From Trichosphaerium sp. ATCC 40318 (taxonomy: Eukaryota > Protista > Tubulinea), in NCBI GenBank assembly GCA_038496445.1, contig JALMLS010000373.1:1-64000 (forward strand): a DNA stretch of 64,000 nucleotides, given 5' to 3'. Shown piece after piece: positions 1-10,564 of this stretch (position 1 is its first letter; each line of letters opens with the position of its first letter). The position numbers and the translations under genes are program-made. The notes below the pieces were generated by a model, which was not told where the DNA came from, did no database searches, and was given only the letters and a program-made list of their open reading frames with translations.

Positions 1-389
1 ATATGCTTTATTTTCATCAAGTGTTTAAGGAAGCATAGAGGGTTTTACAAATGCTGTGCATATTACAACACATGTAACAAATGTAGTGTTGAAGTGAAGC
101 CTTCAGTACCAGCCTTATGGACCATGGCAGCACATATAAATAAATTGTTCATAATATTTCAACTTTTCAGAATATAACACATATTCCAAAAAATAACATC
201 TCAAAAAAAAGCATTTTTTAATGTTTAAGTTTCAATTCAAAAAAAAATTGTTGCAAATAATGTTAAAATTGCAAGTCTATTCAAAAATAAAGCAAACATA
301 TGGTTTTGTTGGGTAGGTAAAAAATCACGTCTCAGTGTGGAAGGACGTGAAAACGAAAAAATGAAGAATGCAATGAAGATTTCTGAATA

Positions 390-793
390 CAATTTAGTCG
401 GGCCTCTGCCTCAGCAGGTCGTCGCACCCGAAGGCTTGAGCGACTCCCTAGCTTACAACAGTAAATGCCCTAAGACCCTGTTCGAGTTCCCGTGGTTTAC
501 GGGGCCCCTGCGGGCGTTTGCTAAGACGTGCTACTTGTGCCATAGTGTAGAACCTTTGCGGGCCGAAGCCTTTCGTTCGAGGAGGCGCAGCAACGACAAT
601 GTCGCCGCGCGGCTCTTGGCGGCTGGGTTTCCGACTTTAGAGGCCTTCAGCCGTACTCCCAATGGCGTGGCTTCGCGAACCGCCCTCTCGGACGTCCGCG
701 GACACTAGAGGCCACCGATGCCCGTTCCTCTCGTACTGAGGCATCGCTACCGACGACGCGCATGTTAATAAAATAGGCCCACCAGTAGGGTAA

Positions 794-837
<44 letters not shown>

Positions 838-1554
838 GTAAGTGGGTGAACAATCCAACCCTTGGAGCATTCTGCTACACCTGGATAGGAAGAGCCGACA
901 TCGAAGAATCAAAAAGTCGCGTCGCTCTGAGCGCTTGGCGACCACAAGCCAGTTATCCCTATGGTAATTTTTCTGTCACCCCAGTGTCAGGTTACATGAC
1001 TAGTCACGAGGGATCTCTAGGCCTCCCGTTAGGGTGCAAGAGCGATGGCTCCACTCTTGCTCAAGGGGGCTTTTAGCCTTGGCCTCTACGTGGGGTTTCT
1101 GTCCCCACTGAGCTCCCCTTAGGTCATCCGTGTTACCCTATAGCGGATGTGCCGCCCCAGCCAAACTCCCGGCCACGCGCTGTCCGCCTTAATGCTTGTC
1201 AAAGTCTCGGAATCGGAAGGTAGTCCGCACTTTCGATTGGGCCCGCCTCAACCTAAAGACCGACTTGTATGGTTCGAGCAGCGCCACGTCCTCCGAAGAG
1301 GCAGGCGCTTTCGCCCGTTTTGAATGCGTCTGGGGCCCGACCTCCGGAGTAGAAGTGTTACACCTTTCGTAAAAAACTACTTCCTACCCTATACCTCCAG
1401 TGCCAAGCCCCTAAGCGTGGTGAGAGTCAAACTCAACAGGGTCTTCTTTCCCCGCTGGTAGAAAAGTCGCCCGTTCGCGACTCTGTGGTTTCGCCACGGT
1501 CGGCGTAGGGACAGCGAGAACCTCATTCATCCATTCATGCGCGTCATTAGTTAC

Positions 1555-1604
<50 letters not shown>

Positions 1605-4219
1605 AACCCGTGCTTGGGTGAAATTAAGCACCGCAACTTTCAAAGCACTGGGCAGGAGTCACCCTTTGTCAGACCTCAGAGGAGGTATCAAAGGGCTAAG
1701 TTTTAAGTAAACAGTTGGGTTCTCTAAGCTTCTGAGAGTTCCGCCATGATCCGCTTGTGGACCTCTTTGCAGGGACTGTGCGCCATTCCCGAAGGGGCTA
1801 CACTGAAGTAGCGCAGACGCACGTCGTCCCGGGTCCCGGTCAGCAGAGCCAGCCCTTTTCCCGAAGTTACGGGCCGCGTATGCCGACTTCCCTTACGCCG
1901 TTTACACCGTGCAGCGCCAGAGGTGACTAACCTAGGGGACCTGATGCGGTTTTCGGTACGGTATGAGCCTGGAGGACACTGAACACCCGAAAGTGTCGGC
2001 TTCGGAGAGGAGCAGCCTCGTGAGAACGAGCTCACCAACACCCCTAGAAAGCAAAAGTGCTTTCCCATTAGCTACCCTCGACTCTTTCCCTTCGCCGCTT
2101 TACGTGGCTCCGGGGAGTTTCCCTCGAATAGCTTAGGCGCGGGAGAAGGCCCCGCAGAAGTGTGGTTGCTCGCGTGCGCTCTCTCTCTCAGTGTTGCCAC
2201 TTCTAAAGCAAATGCATCCTCCTTACCCATGCCCTGGATTACTCACCAGGTTGCCTTTCGCCGAGTTGAAAGCATCGCAGACTTCCACCAGTCTTCAGAA
2301 ACAGTAAAGTTCATCCGAACAAGGTGTCGTCTGCCAGCATCAAACAGTATACTCTATTAGGAGCTGGCTTAGGACCGGCTAACTCGCAGCTGAATGCCAT
2401 CACCGCGAAACCCTTCCCCACTTGGGCGACCTGGCTGTGATAAACACTGTTTCACCAGGCTCCAATTGCTACTACCACCAAGATCATCACTGCTGGTGGC
2501 TCCGGGTGGACGCCACCGCCCCCCTTCTACGCCACCAGCACGCCGTCCTACCGCACCCTGGGCCGAGCCGGGGCGATCGCGCAGCGGCGGCTAAGGCAGT
2601 TTAGCGCCATCCATTTTCGGCGCGTCCCAATTCGGCTGGTGAGAAGTTACTCACTCCTTAGAGGATGACGACTTCCATGTCCACCTTCCAGCTGTCTAAA
2701 CTGGAACACCGCCTTCGTTGTCTTGGTTACTGCCTATTCGGGCGCCTTTGCTGCTGCTCGCGTTTAAAACCGTCTCGTCAGTCCTGCTTATCAAGACCGG
2801 CCCAATAGGGGTCCACCGTCTCGGTGATCACAGCCATTCGGCCTGTGATCGGTCGCCTCTTATGTGTTTGATAATAGGTCGATGGCAACTTTGGCCTCCG
2901 ATACCTCTTTCCAGTGGCTCTACGAGACGAGACCGGCGTCACGGACCCCCTCTATCCTTAGGGATACTTCGAACGGTACCAGCTACGTTGGCAGCTCGTT
3001 TGGTCTCTCGCCCCTATACCCAATGTCCGGCGAGCGATTTGCACGTCAGCAACGCTACGGGCGTCCAGCGGGATTTCTCCCGCCTTCCCCCTTTTCGGGT
3101 ATAGATCGCTACCTTTCGGGTATCGCCCAACGTACTATCGCCTGCCAAGAGAACAACGCCGGAGATGGCAAAGTGTATCTACTTCGGTATGACGTGTTTT
3201 TAATTACTTGCGTAACATAAAAACATGATAATAGCATAGTCGGTTTTTTATGTCGATCTTTGCAAACTTATACATGTGAAATGTAATACGTTTGTTTTTT
3301 TATAAAGAACTTGACGGCCTAGGAGCTTATCCTTGGCTTCATTTCTGTGCGGGTTGGAGGTTTGATCTCTCACCCTCGCACGCTCGGCGAACTCCTTGAT
3401 CCGTGTTTCAAGACGGGATACACGGAGGCCATGGCCCAATAAGGGCATAGAGCCTCATTGAGGTTGTGGACGATGAATGACGAACTTCGTTCCTTTCGGA
3501 AGAAGACGTACATTCGGAGGTTTCAGTGATTTCAGTGAACCAACGCCATTTAAAGGTTTAAAAGTGCTTTTTGATGTCCTTTCAACCAAACCCACGTTTT
3601 TATGCTTTTCAGCTTGTAGGATGGTGTGGACAGCACAGTTAGCCAGTATGACTTTTTTGTGTTGGTCACTTCGATTACCTTCCCCTCGACGTTTTGTTTC
3701 ATTATAATCTTCCAGGGCACAAGGCCCGGTCGCTTTTCCCTCGCTACAAGAGCGTCTGCCATGTGCAGATTAGGTGCAGGGCACCTACGTACTCCGTGCC
3801 ATTTGTACCCTTGCCGGCTTCGGGTCTTTTAACCCTCTATCGAGGAGTGCTGTTTCAGTCTTCCCTCACGGTACTGGTGCGCTATCGGCCACCTCCCGAT
3901 ACTTAGCCTTGCCGGGTAACCTCCCGGTAACTTCGTATGGCACGGCCAAACCATACTACTCCTGGACGATGGGACTCTATTTCCTCGGTTGACAGCGTAC
4001 GGGGCTCGCACCCTCTACGGCTACGACTCGTGCGTAATTCCCGTCAACGTCTGGAAGAGCCACCACGCCTTAGCCCACAACTCCGATGCTAGGCTCGGAT
4101 TCAGGCTTGAGCTTGTCCCCTTTCGCTCGCCGCTACTCAGGGAGTCCCTTTTGGTTTCCTTTCCTCTGCCCCAATGATATGCTTAACTTAGGCAGGTCGC
4201 CAAGTGTAACTCAGGACGC
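390..4219 (-). rRNA. Large-subunit (28S) rRNA, divergent, with AT-rich expansion segments
   Basis: The minus strand has the sarcin-ricin loop CTCAGTACGAGAGGAAC (~724-740), the PTC motifs GAGCTGGGTTTAGACCGTCGTGAGACAGG and TTCGATGTCGGCTCTTCC, and GGGAGTAACTATGACTCTCTTAAGGTAGCCAAATGCCTCGTC. The 5' end reads GCGTCCTGAGTTACAC...TTAAGCATATCA. The 3' end is approximate. Confidence 0.97.
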
Positions 4220-4423
4220 AAGTTGTGTTTTTTTAATGCTTTCAGTTCAGTATGTAAACCAACCTTCCCTCTAAAGCTTCGCTTAAGTAAGCTAGGCATG
4301 AGTTCTGGAGGAACGTCACTTCTGGCAATTTATTAATTAGTTGTGGCAACCACTTTCTTTTTTACAAGATTTAAGTGTGTACACCATACGCAGCACCAAA
4401 TAAATTTAGTGTTTGTTTTGCTG
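4220..4423 (-). other. ITS2
   Basis: AT-rich spacer closed by the 5.8S-3'/28S-5' proximal stem (GTGACTCAGCGACGC pairs with GCGTC-CTGAGTTAC). Confidence 0.8.
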
Positions 4424-4588
4424 GCGTCGCTGAGTCACGCTCCTTTGCCTGTGATTCGTGAGAATACAGAACGCGGCCTGAGGCATTCGGCAATGCCACC
4501 TTCAGATGAGAGCGATTCCGGTGGCTGGTTTCATAGTGATCCATGGCCTTCTTCGGGGGAGGTGCCTAACCGTTCACCGACAAGGTTT
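4424..4588 (-). rRNA. 5.8S rRNA, highly divergent
   Basis: GC-rich ~165-nt block between SSU and LSU. It begins AAACCTTGTCGGTGAACGGTTAGGCACCTCCCCCGAAGAAG (cf. CGGTGGATCACTCGGCTCG..CGATGAAGAA) and ends GCGTGACTCAGCGACGC, which is complementary to the LSU 5' end. Confidence 0.85.
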
Positions 4589-4827
4589 GGTTTCTTTCGA
4601 AAATCTTGACGTTCTTTATAGTCGTGCCACGACTGTGTTTTGGTTTGCCAAAATGGCGGTTGTGGAGCTGGCAGATATACAAGATATCACCACAGCAGAG
4701 GATGATTACATCTTCACTTACCGAGGTAAGATCAGATTTACCAAACCAGAGCTGATACTCCAATTTTTTTTCTTTTAAACTTGGTTAAAAGTTGGTTTAA
4801 TTGCTTCTAAGGGTTTAATACCAATAG
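4589..4827 (-). other. ITS1
   Basis: Spacer between the SSU 3' end and the 5.8S start, containing several short hairpins. Confidence 0.8.
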
Positions 4828-7482
4828 TATTGATCCTTCAGCAGGTTCACCTACTGAAACCTTGTTACGACTTCATCATCCTTTATGAGCGCAAGTTCGA
4901 GCAGGTTCGATAACCGGCAAGCCGGTCGTCCCCCCTGGTCTCACTCGCACCCACATCGGTCGATGCGACGGGCGGTGTGTACAAGCAACAGGGACAGATT
5001 CCAGGTGCGTTGATGACACACCTGTACGAGGCATTCCGCGTTCGTGGCTACAGTTACAGCAACCAGTCCCTAAGCACGCATGTGTCTTTTCGAAGAAGCA
5101 GCATTGAGCACGCTAACATCCAAATCGACCACACGGTGCGCTTTCATGTATTTTTTTTATGAACATTGCAGAAACTTGCTTCATAATAAAGTTTGCCTTG
5201 GTAAAGATATAATCTTCCAAGTCAAAGCATTTAAGTGAAGAAGAAACCTTGTTTGTTAATTTGAAACGATCCACAGCTCTTTCAATGTTTACACTAAGGA
5301 ACATAGTCCAAAGATGTAAGTTTTCATCTAACAGCGCTTCTCATCTTAACATTAAAGGAATTTAACTTCCTAAAAAGCCTCGACGAGGGGGTTAACTCTT
5401 TTATATTAGGTTCAGGACAGACTTTGTTATGAAGGTGATAGTTTCCGAAGGTGCGTTTAAGTGTAGTCGTATTTAGATAATTAAATCTGAGGTTTAACTC
5501 GCTGTCGTGAAGAAGTGTTCTGGCGGTTTCAGGGCTTGCCCGGATGCCTGTTCGGCCCAGGAACCCGTTGAACTAAGCAGTGTAGGCCGCGTGCGGCCCG
5601 GAATATCTGGGGGCATCCCGGATCTGTTATAGCCGCCGCTTCTTACGACTTTTCGCCGTCAGTCCTGCACAGGGGTCCCGCACGAGGCGGGGGAATCAAT
5701 GTGACAGTAGCGATCTCGCCCGTTATCGGAATAAACCTGACAGATAAGTCCACGAGCCTAAAACGACCATGCACCACCGTTAGCTAACTCGGAAAAGACC
5801 CTTCAGTCTGTTCGTCCCCTTAGAGCGTCCGATCCCGGTAAGTTGTCGCGCGTTGAGTCAAATTGAGCCGCAGCCTCCAGAGCCTGGTGGTGTTGCTCCG
5901 TCAATGCCTTTAAGTTTCAGCCTTGCGACCATACTTCCCCCCTGGGCCCGATTACTTCGGTTTCCCGTGGGAACGGGCCCCGAGCCTTGGTTTGCCCGGC
6001 GCCCATTCAGTCGGCATCGTTTACTGTGGAGACTACACGGGTCTCTAATCCGCTTCGCTCCCTCCACCATCGTTCTAGATCACCGGCCACGCCCTTGCAG
6101 AGCGCCTTCGCTTCGGGTAGTTTGGATCAGGTCAAAAGATTTCACTCCTCGCTGATACCACACTCTCTACCCCGTACGCACCTAGTAATCGTGTGTTCTT
6201 TATTAGTGTGAAGACTAACTCAAGTTTTTCCTCAAAGTACTTTTGTAATTCACAATGTTTTTATTCCCTTAATGAAGAACATGAGTTTTCACTCAGACTT
6301 GCATATCAGGATATTGTTCATACTTAGTTAAAATGAGACTTGAGCGTCGCACTTGGTAAAGTGTTATTTTTTTGTTTTTTTAAAGCCCAATTCCAGGATG
6401 CTGGTGGGTGGCATAGCGGCCGAAGCCTAAACTGACCTTGCGTTTGAGCGAAGCCATTTATGCCTGGTCGGGCGATGAAAAAGAGTCGGGGGGTTTATGT
6501 CAAGGAGTAAACTCCTATCTAAACCTTGTCCCTCTCAGCTGTGTCGTTGTTTGGACTGCGAGCGCTTTAACAGCAACAGCAAAAGTATAAGCTTTCGGAG
6601 TGGGTGTTACCGCGGGTGCTGGCACCCAACTTGTCCTCCAATAGTTTCTCAGGGCGACATTCAGTTGCCCCTCATTGCGACGACCGGTTTAAATGCCGGC
6701 CTCGTTACACTCAGTCGCTGGCTCGATTTGCAATCAATGGCCAAGTTACGCGCCTGCTGTTACCCGTAAGTACAGGGGCCGTATCTAATGCCCCTTCTCC
6801 GGGAACCGAACCCTAGTTCCCCGTTACCCGTCACTGCCGCGGTAGGCCGTTACCCTACCGCCTGGCTGATAGGTCGGCCGCCCTTCCGACTCGTGGAGGG
6901 GGAGAACTCTCAACTTTATATCGATATGATCTTTTTTATGAAAAAGCACATTCAGCGAAGGATCGAGATTTGAACAATGTTCATTTTTCTTTCACCTAGT
7001 TTCACTTATGTAAACTTTAACAATTTTTTTTAGAAACATGTCTAGTCAGAGAGAACTCCTCATAACTCCATCGCATGCCCCAACGCCGCTCTTCCCGACG
7101 GAGTACGGACGCCGCTTCCTAAGGGGAGGCTGCTTCCCTTGGCGAACCAAGATGGGATCGGGTGATCGTCCGCTCCTGAGCGTTGGATGCGACCGATGGG
7201 TCCTTGCAGCAGAGGGGCCCATCGGCAGCGCTAGGCGCATTACGTATTAGCCGCAGGTTTCCTTTAATCCCGGTTATCCGCGGGGGAGGCCACGAGTTTT
7301 GGTTATAGTGCGTTTAGGAAACGAGTTCCTTTGTGCAAAATGACGTGACCATTATTAGTCTTGTCGGGTGGGTTACGACCGTTTTAAGGAGCCGTTTGCG
7401 GCTCCGAGGATACCTCTTTGCTGAGCTTGCATGGCTTAATCCTTCGAGAAAGCTTATCACTCCTGGCAGGCTCAACCAGGTA
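4828..7482 (-). rRNA. Small-subunit (18S) rRNA, ~2.65 kb, long and divergent
   Basis: 5' TACCTGGTTGAGCCTGCCAG...GATTAAGCCATGCAAG; 530 loop GTGCCAGCACCCGCGGTAA; AAACTTAAAGGCATTGACGG; TTGTACACACCGCCCGTCG; 3' AAGTCGTAACAAGGTTTCAGTAGGTGAACCTGCTGAAGGATCA. Confidence 0.98.
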
Positions 7483-10000
7483 CCTTTTGCATCAGAGTTT
7501 TAAAGCAGATAGCTGCATTTAAAATAATTTCTCATCAGACCAAAGGTGGTTGAGGTTTTTAGGTGGTTTTTTGAAGAATGAACTTCATAAGAAACCATTC
7601 AATCTATAATCCTATTCTCTTTCAAGGAGGATATCTATAGATGAAGGTCTTTTTGATGAACATCACAAATACCTGGTGCCGGACAACATCAGCCTTTCTT
7701 GTTGGAGAAGAAGCTGATGTGTCTTGGTTATGGTTTTTATGGCAAGAGATGCTCATAGAGCACATTGCCACAACAGCATAGGGTTGTGTCTTTTTATGGA
7801 CTACTTTTCTTGATGAGTCATGCCTATTTTTTTTTACCGAGTAGCCCTTGAGGCATCGTCGGTAATAGCTTGCAACTGCATCATTTTTCATACACTCTTT
7901 TTTTTTTGATTTTGTTTACTAATCAAGTACTTGGACTGTGCCTTTCCTTGTTGAGTCTTCAAGTTGTAGCAACTTGGCTACACTTGTTGTGTTGATGTAC
8001 TTGGCTTGTGTGCCTTTCCGTCAATTTGCCTTTCACATTTCTGCTTCAGGCTCACATCTATTATTACCCAAGTACTTGATACTTTGTCTTTCCATTGGGT
8101 TGTTTTGGATGTGATACAGCTTTTGTGGATTGATTGGAGCACTTTGACTCCTTTCCTCCACCTAAGCATGTGACTTTGCACATACTTAGAGCTGTATTAT
8201 TGTATGACTCTGAACTCGATTAGCATTTCTACACCTTTTTTTCTTTTTTTAAGGTGTTCTAATGCTAGAAGAGAACATGTGTGTGTTCATACATAGGCAG
8301 TTGTTGCCCACTAAGGGCTTCAACTTGCTTTTTGTGCTCCTGGTTATGTGACTTGCACATACTAGGAAAACTGTGTGCCACTCGATTAGCATTTCTACAC
8401 CTTTCAGTAAAGTGTTCTAATGCTAGAAGAGAGAGCTAAGTTTGTTACATGACTCGATTAGCATTTCTACACTTCAAATGAGTGTTCTAATGCTAGAAGA
8501 GCGCATGTGTTTGTACACAAGTAGTTGTTGCCCACTAAGGGCTTCAACTCATGTTTTTTTTGTACTGACTTGTTTTGCCCACTTAGGGCTACAAACTCAA
8601 TTCAACATGCTTTAACGACAATAACTCGATCGACATCTCTTTATCAATCTGTCATTTAATGACAGAGATAAGATGAAGGAGGAGTACAATGTCTAGCTTT
8701 TTGTACAATACATACATTGGGTCCACTCAGGGACTACTATGATGATTGTGTAGCTAGTGTATTCTAATGATACAAAAAGTAACTCGATTAACATATTTTA
8801 CATATGAAACAAGAGCACTTTTGTAGTCACTAACAACATCATCACTATTGTGTAGTGGGAGTGTTGTTGTGTCATTGAGAGTACAGGTTTCGTTGTCTCA
8901 TGATCCAAAAGGGAACTCGATTAACATTTCTACGCTCCGTACAAAACGCGCGTTATAATGATAGAAGAGAACCTTCCTTTCTTGCTAGAGTGGAACACAG
9001 TATTAGAGCTGCAATACCACATACACACACAACATAATACATAAACCAACGGGCATCGTCATCGATGGATATACTAAGAGACGAGCTGAACTCGCCCTTT
9101 TCTATCACATAATAAAGCTAGAGTAGCCATACTTGGTGGTTTATGTGTGTGGATGTAATGTGTGCATGGATAAATACAACTTACATGCGTGTGTCCACTT
9201 CCAGTGGTCGGAAGAAAAAGGATCGATAGTAAAGAGGACTTACAGCCATGTGCTCTAAAAAAAAACGCTCGAAAACACATTAGAACATTGTTGGTGTTCC
9301 AAGTATTATTTTTGTTTCCTTGCGATAGAAGAATACAGGCTACCCTCGTTCACTATGTTTGATGAAATGTGTTTTGTTTCTGTAGTTACAGAAGACGCAA
9401 CATTATTATCACCTCGGACGAAACAGGTTTCGCGGAGCCAGAAGTCGATTACCACTGCCCTATGCTATGTTTTTTACGCATTTTTCATAGGGGCGCTTAC
9501 GTGGTAGAAGAACAACAGCATCCTAGGTCCTCGCGCTTTACCGTCACACCCTTTGTTTTGATCATCATTCCAAAGAAGTTTTTTTTTCTTTGGAATGATG
9601 ATCCAGAGGCGTGATGGCACAGTCACCGTAAATGTGCTGCACGATGGACGGACCCATCTTCATCGTGCACTCCCTTGTGGGCTTGTTCATCGGGTAACAA
9701 CAAAAGGGCTTGCGGACGTCGCGTTTTTTTTTGCATTTTCTTCAAATGCATTTTTTTTCGCGTTCGACCGATTCTCTCTTTTTTTTTTTGTTTTGTTTTC
9801 TCGATTGTGCCAAAGGGAAAGAGATGCGATTTCTGCAGGCGCGCACTACTCATCTTTTTTTCTCGCCCTTCTGAGCAGGCAATATCGCCTTGCGTTTCAG
9901 GGGTAGTTGATTTTCGGTTTGTGCCTCATAGTCTTTTCTCCATTTACGCCGCCATTAGGCTACACGGTTGTAAGACTGACGCCCTTTCCTGAAAATATCC
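7483..10000 (-). other. Probable 5' ETS / rDNA upstream spacer, densely structured
   Basis: Non-coding region directly upstream of the SSU, formed by a chain of hairpins, e.g. the perfect 18-bp stem GATCATCATTCCAAAGAA/TTCTTTGGAATGATGATC at ~9560-9603. The transcription start is not identifiable. Confidence 0.6.
8215..9511. repeat. Dispersed family of hairpin repeats CTCGATTA[stem-loop]TAGAAGAG
   Basis: Near-identical copies at 8215-8273, 8381-8431 and 8453-8501; diverged copies at 8916-8969, 8625-8684, 8783-8913 and 9444-9511. A second motif, GTTGTTGCCCACTAAGGGCTTCAAC, occurs at ~8300, ~8524 and ~8571 (variant). Confidence 0.9.
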
Positions 10001-10564
10001 AGTTTTCGCAGCCCTGGCTTCGTTTAGTACCTCATTACTACAAGTTTACAGCTCAGTACAAATATCCACGGTACAAAAAATAATATCCAAAACAGTAATA
10101 GGTTGTATTCATACCGCGCTAAACACGCGGTTTTTTAACTAGTGAGTAACGCAACAGGCTTATTGATTGCGCTTGGAACTCGGTACACGCGCGAAAATCA
10201 ACAGAAAAGCCGTACAACTTTTTTTTTATAACTTATCCACAGTTTTTCTTTTTTTTTTTGCTTTCAATCGCTTTGTTTATGCCGGTATTGGCCTTTTCAT
10301 CCATTTTTTTGCGTAACGATCGCGGCTAGGCGGATATGTCACCTTTCCTCTCCATAACGAATGTGCGTGACTGCTGCGGTTAGCGCTTGTTAGCTTCTCA
10401 GGGAAAGATAAACGAAAACAACGCCAAGAGTATTTTTTGTACAAAAATGGTACATTAAAAAAGTCCACCAAATCAGTTCGTTTGCCTCTTCGCACGGAAA
10501 ACCGGTTTAGTTTATTGTACATCAATATTGTCACAACAGAGTTTTTTTTCTGTATTAATGACTG

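Noticed and set aside
5195-5312. Group I intron S-like words (AAGATATAATCT, AAGGAACATAGTCC) in the V8 insert
   Set aside because: They are on the antisense strand, no matching P/Q/R elements or P7 pairing were found, and the site is atypical.
337-7250. Numerous ORFs in the six-frame track over 0.3-7.3 kb
   Set aside because: They overlap GC-rich rRNA genes and show no protein motifs, so they are spurious.
7622-8181. Two minus-strand ORFs upstream of the SSU
   Set aside because: They are short, have no motifs and coincide with hairpin-rich spacer sequence.
8215-8501. CRISPR-like look of the repeat-variable-repeat pattern (ATTTCTAC recalls Cas12a repeats)
   Set aside because: The two arms are inverted partners of one hairpin, spacing is irregular, the context is eukaryotic rDNA and there are no cas genes.
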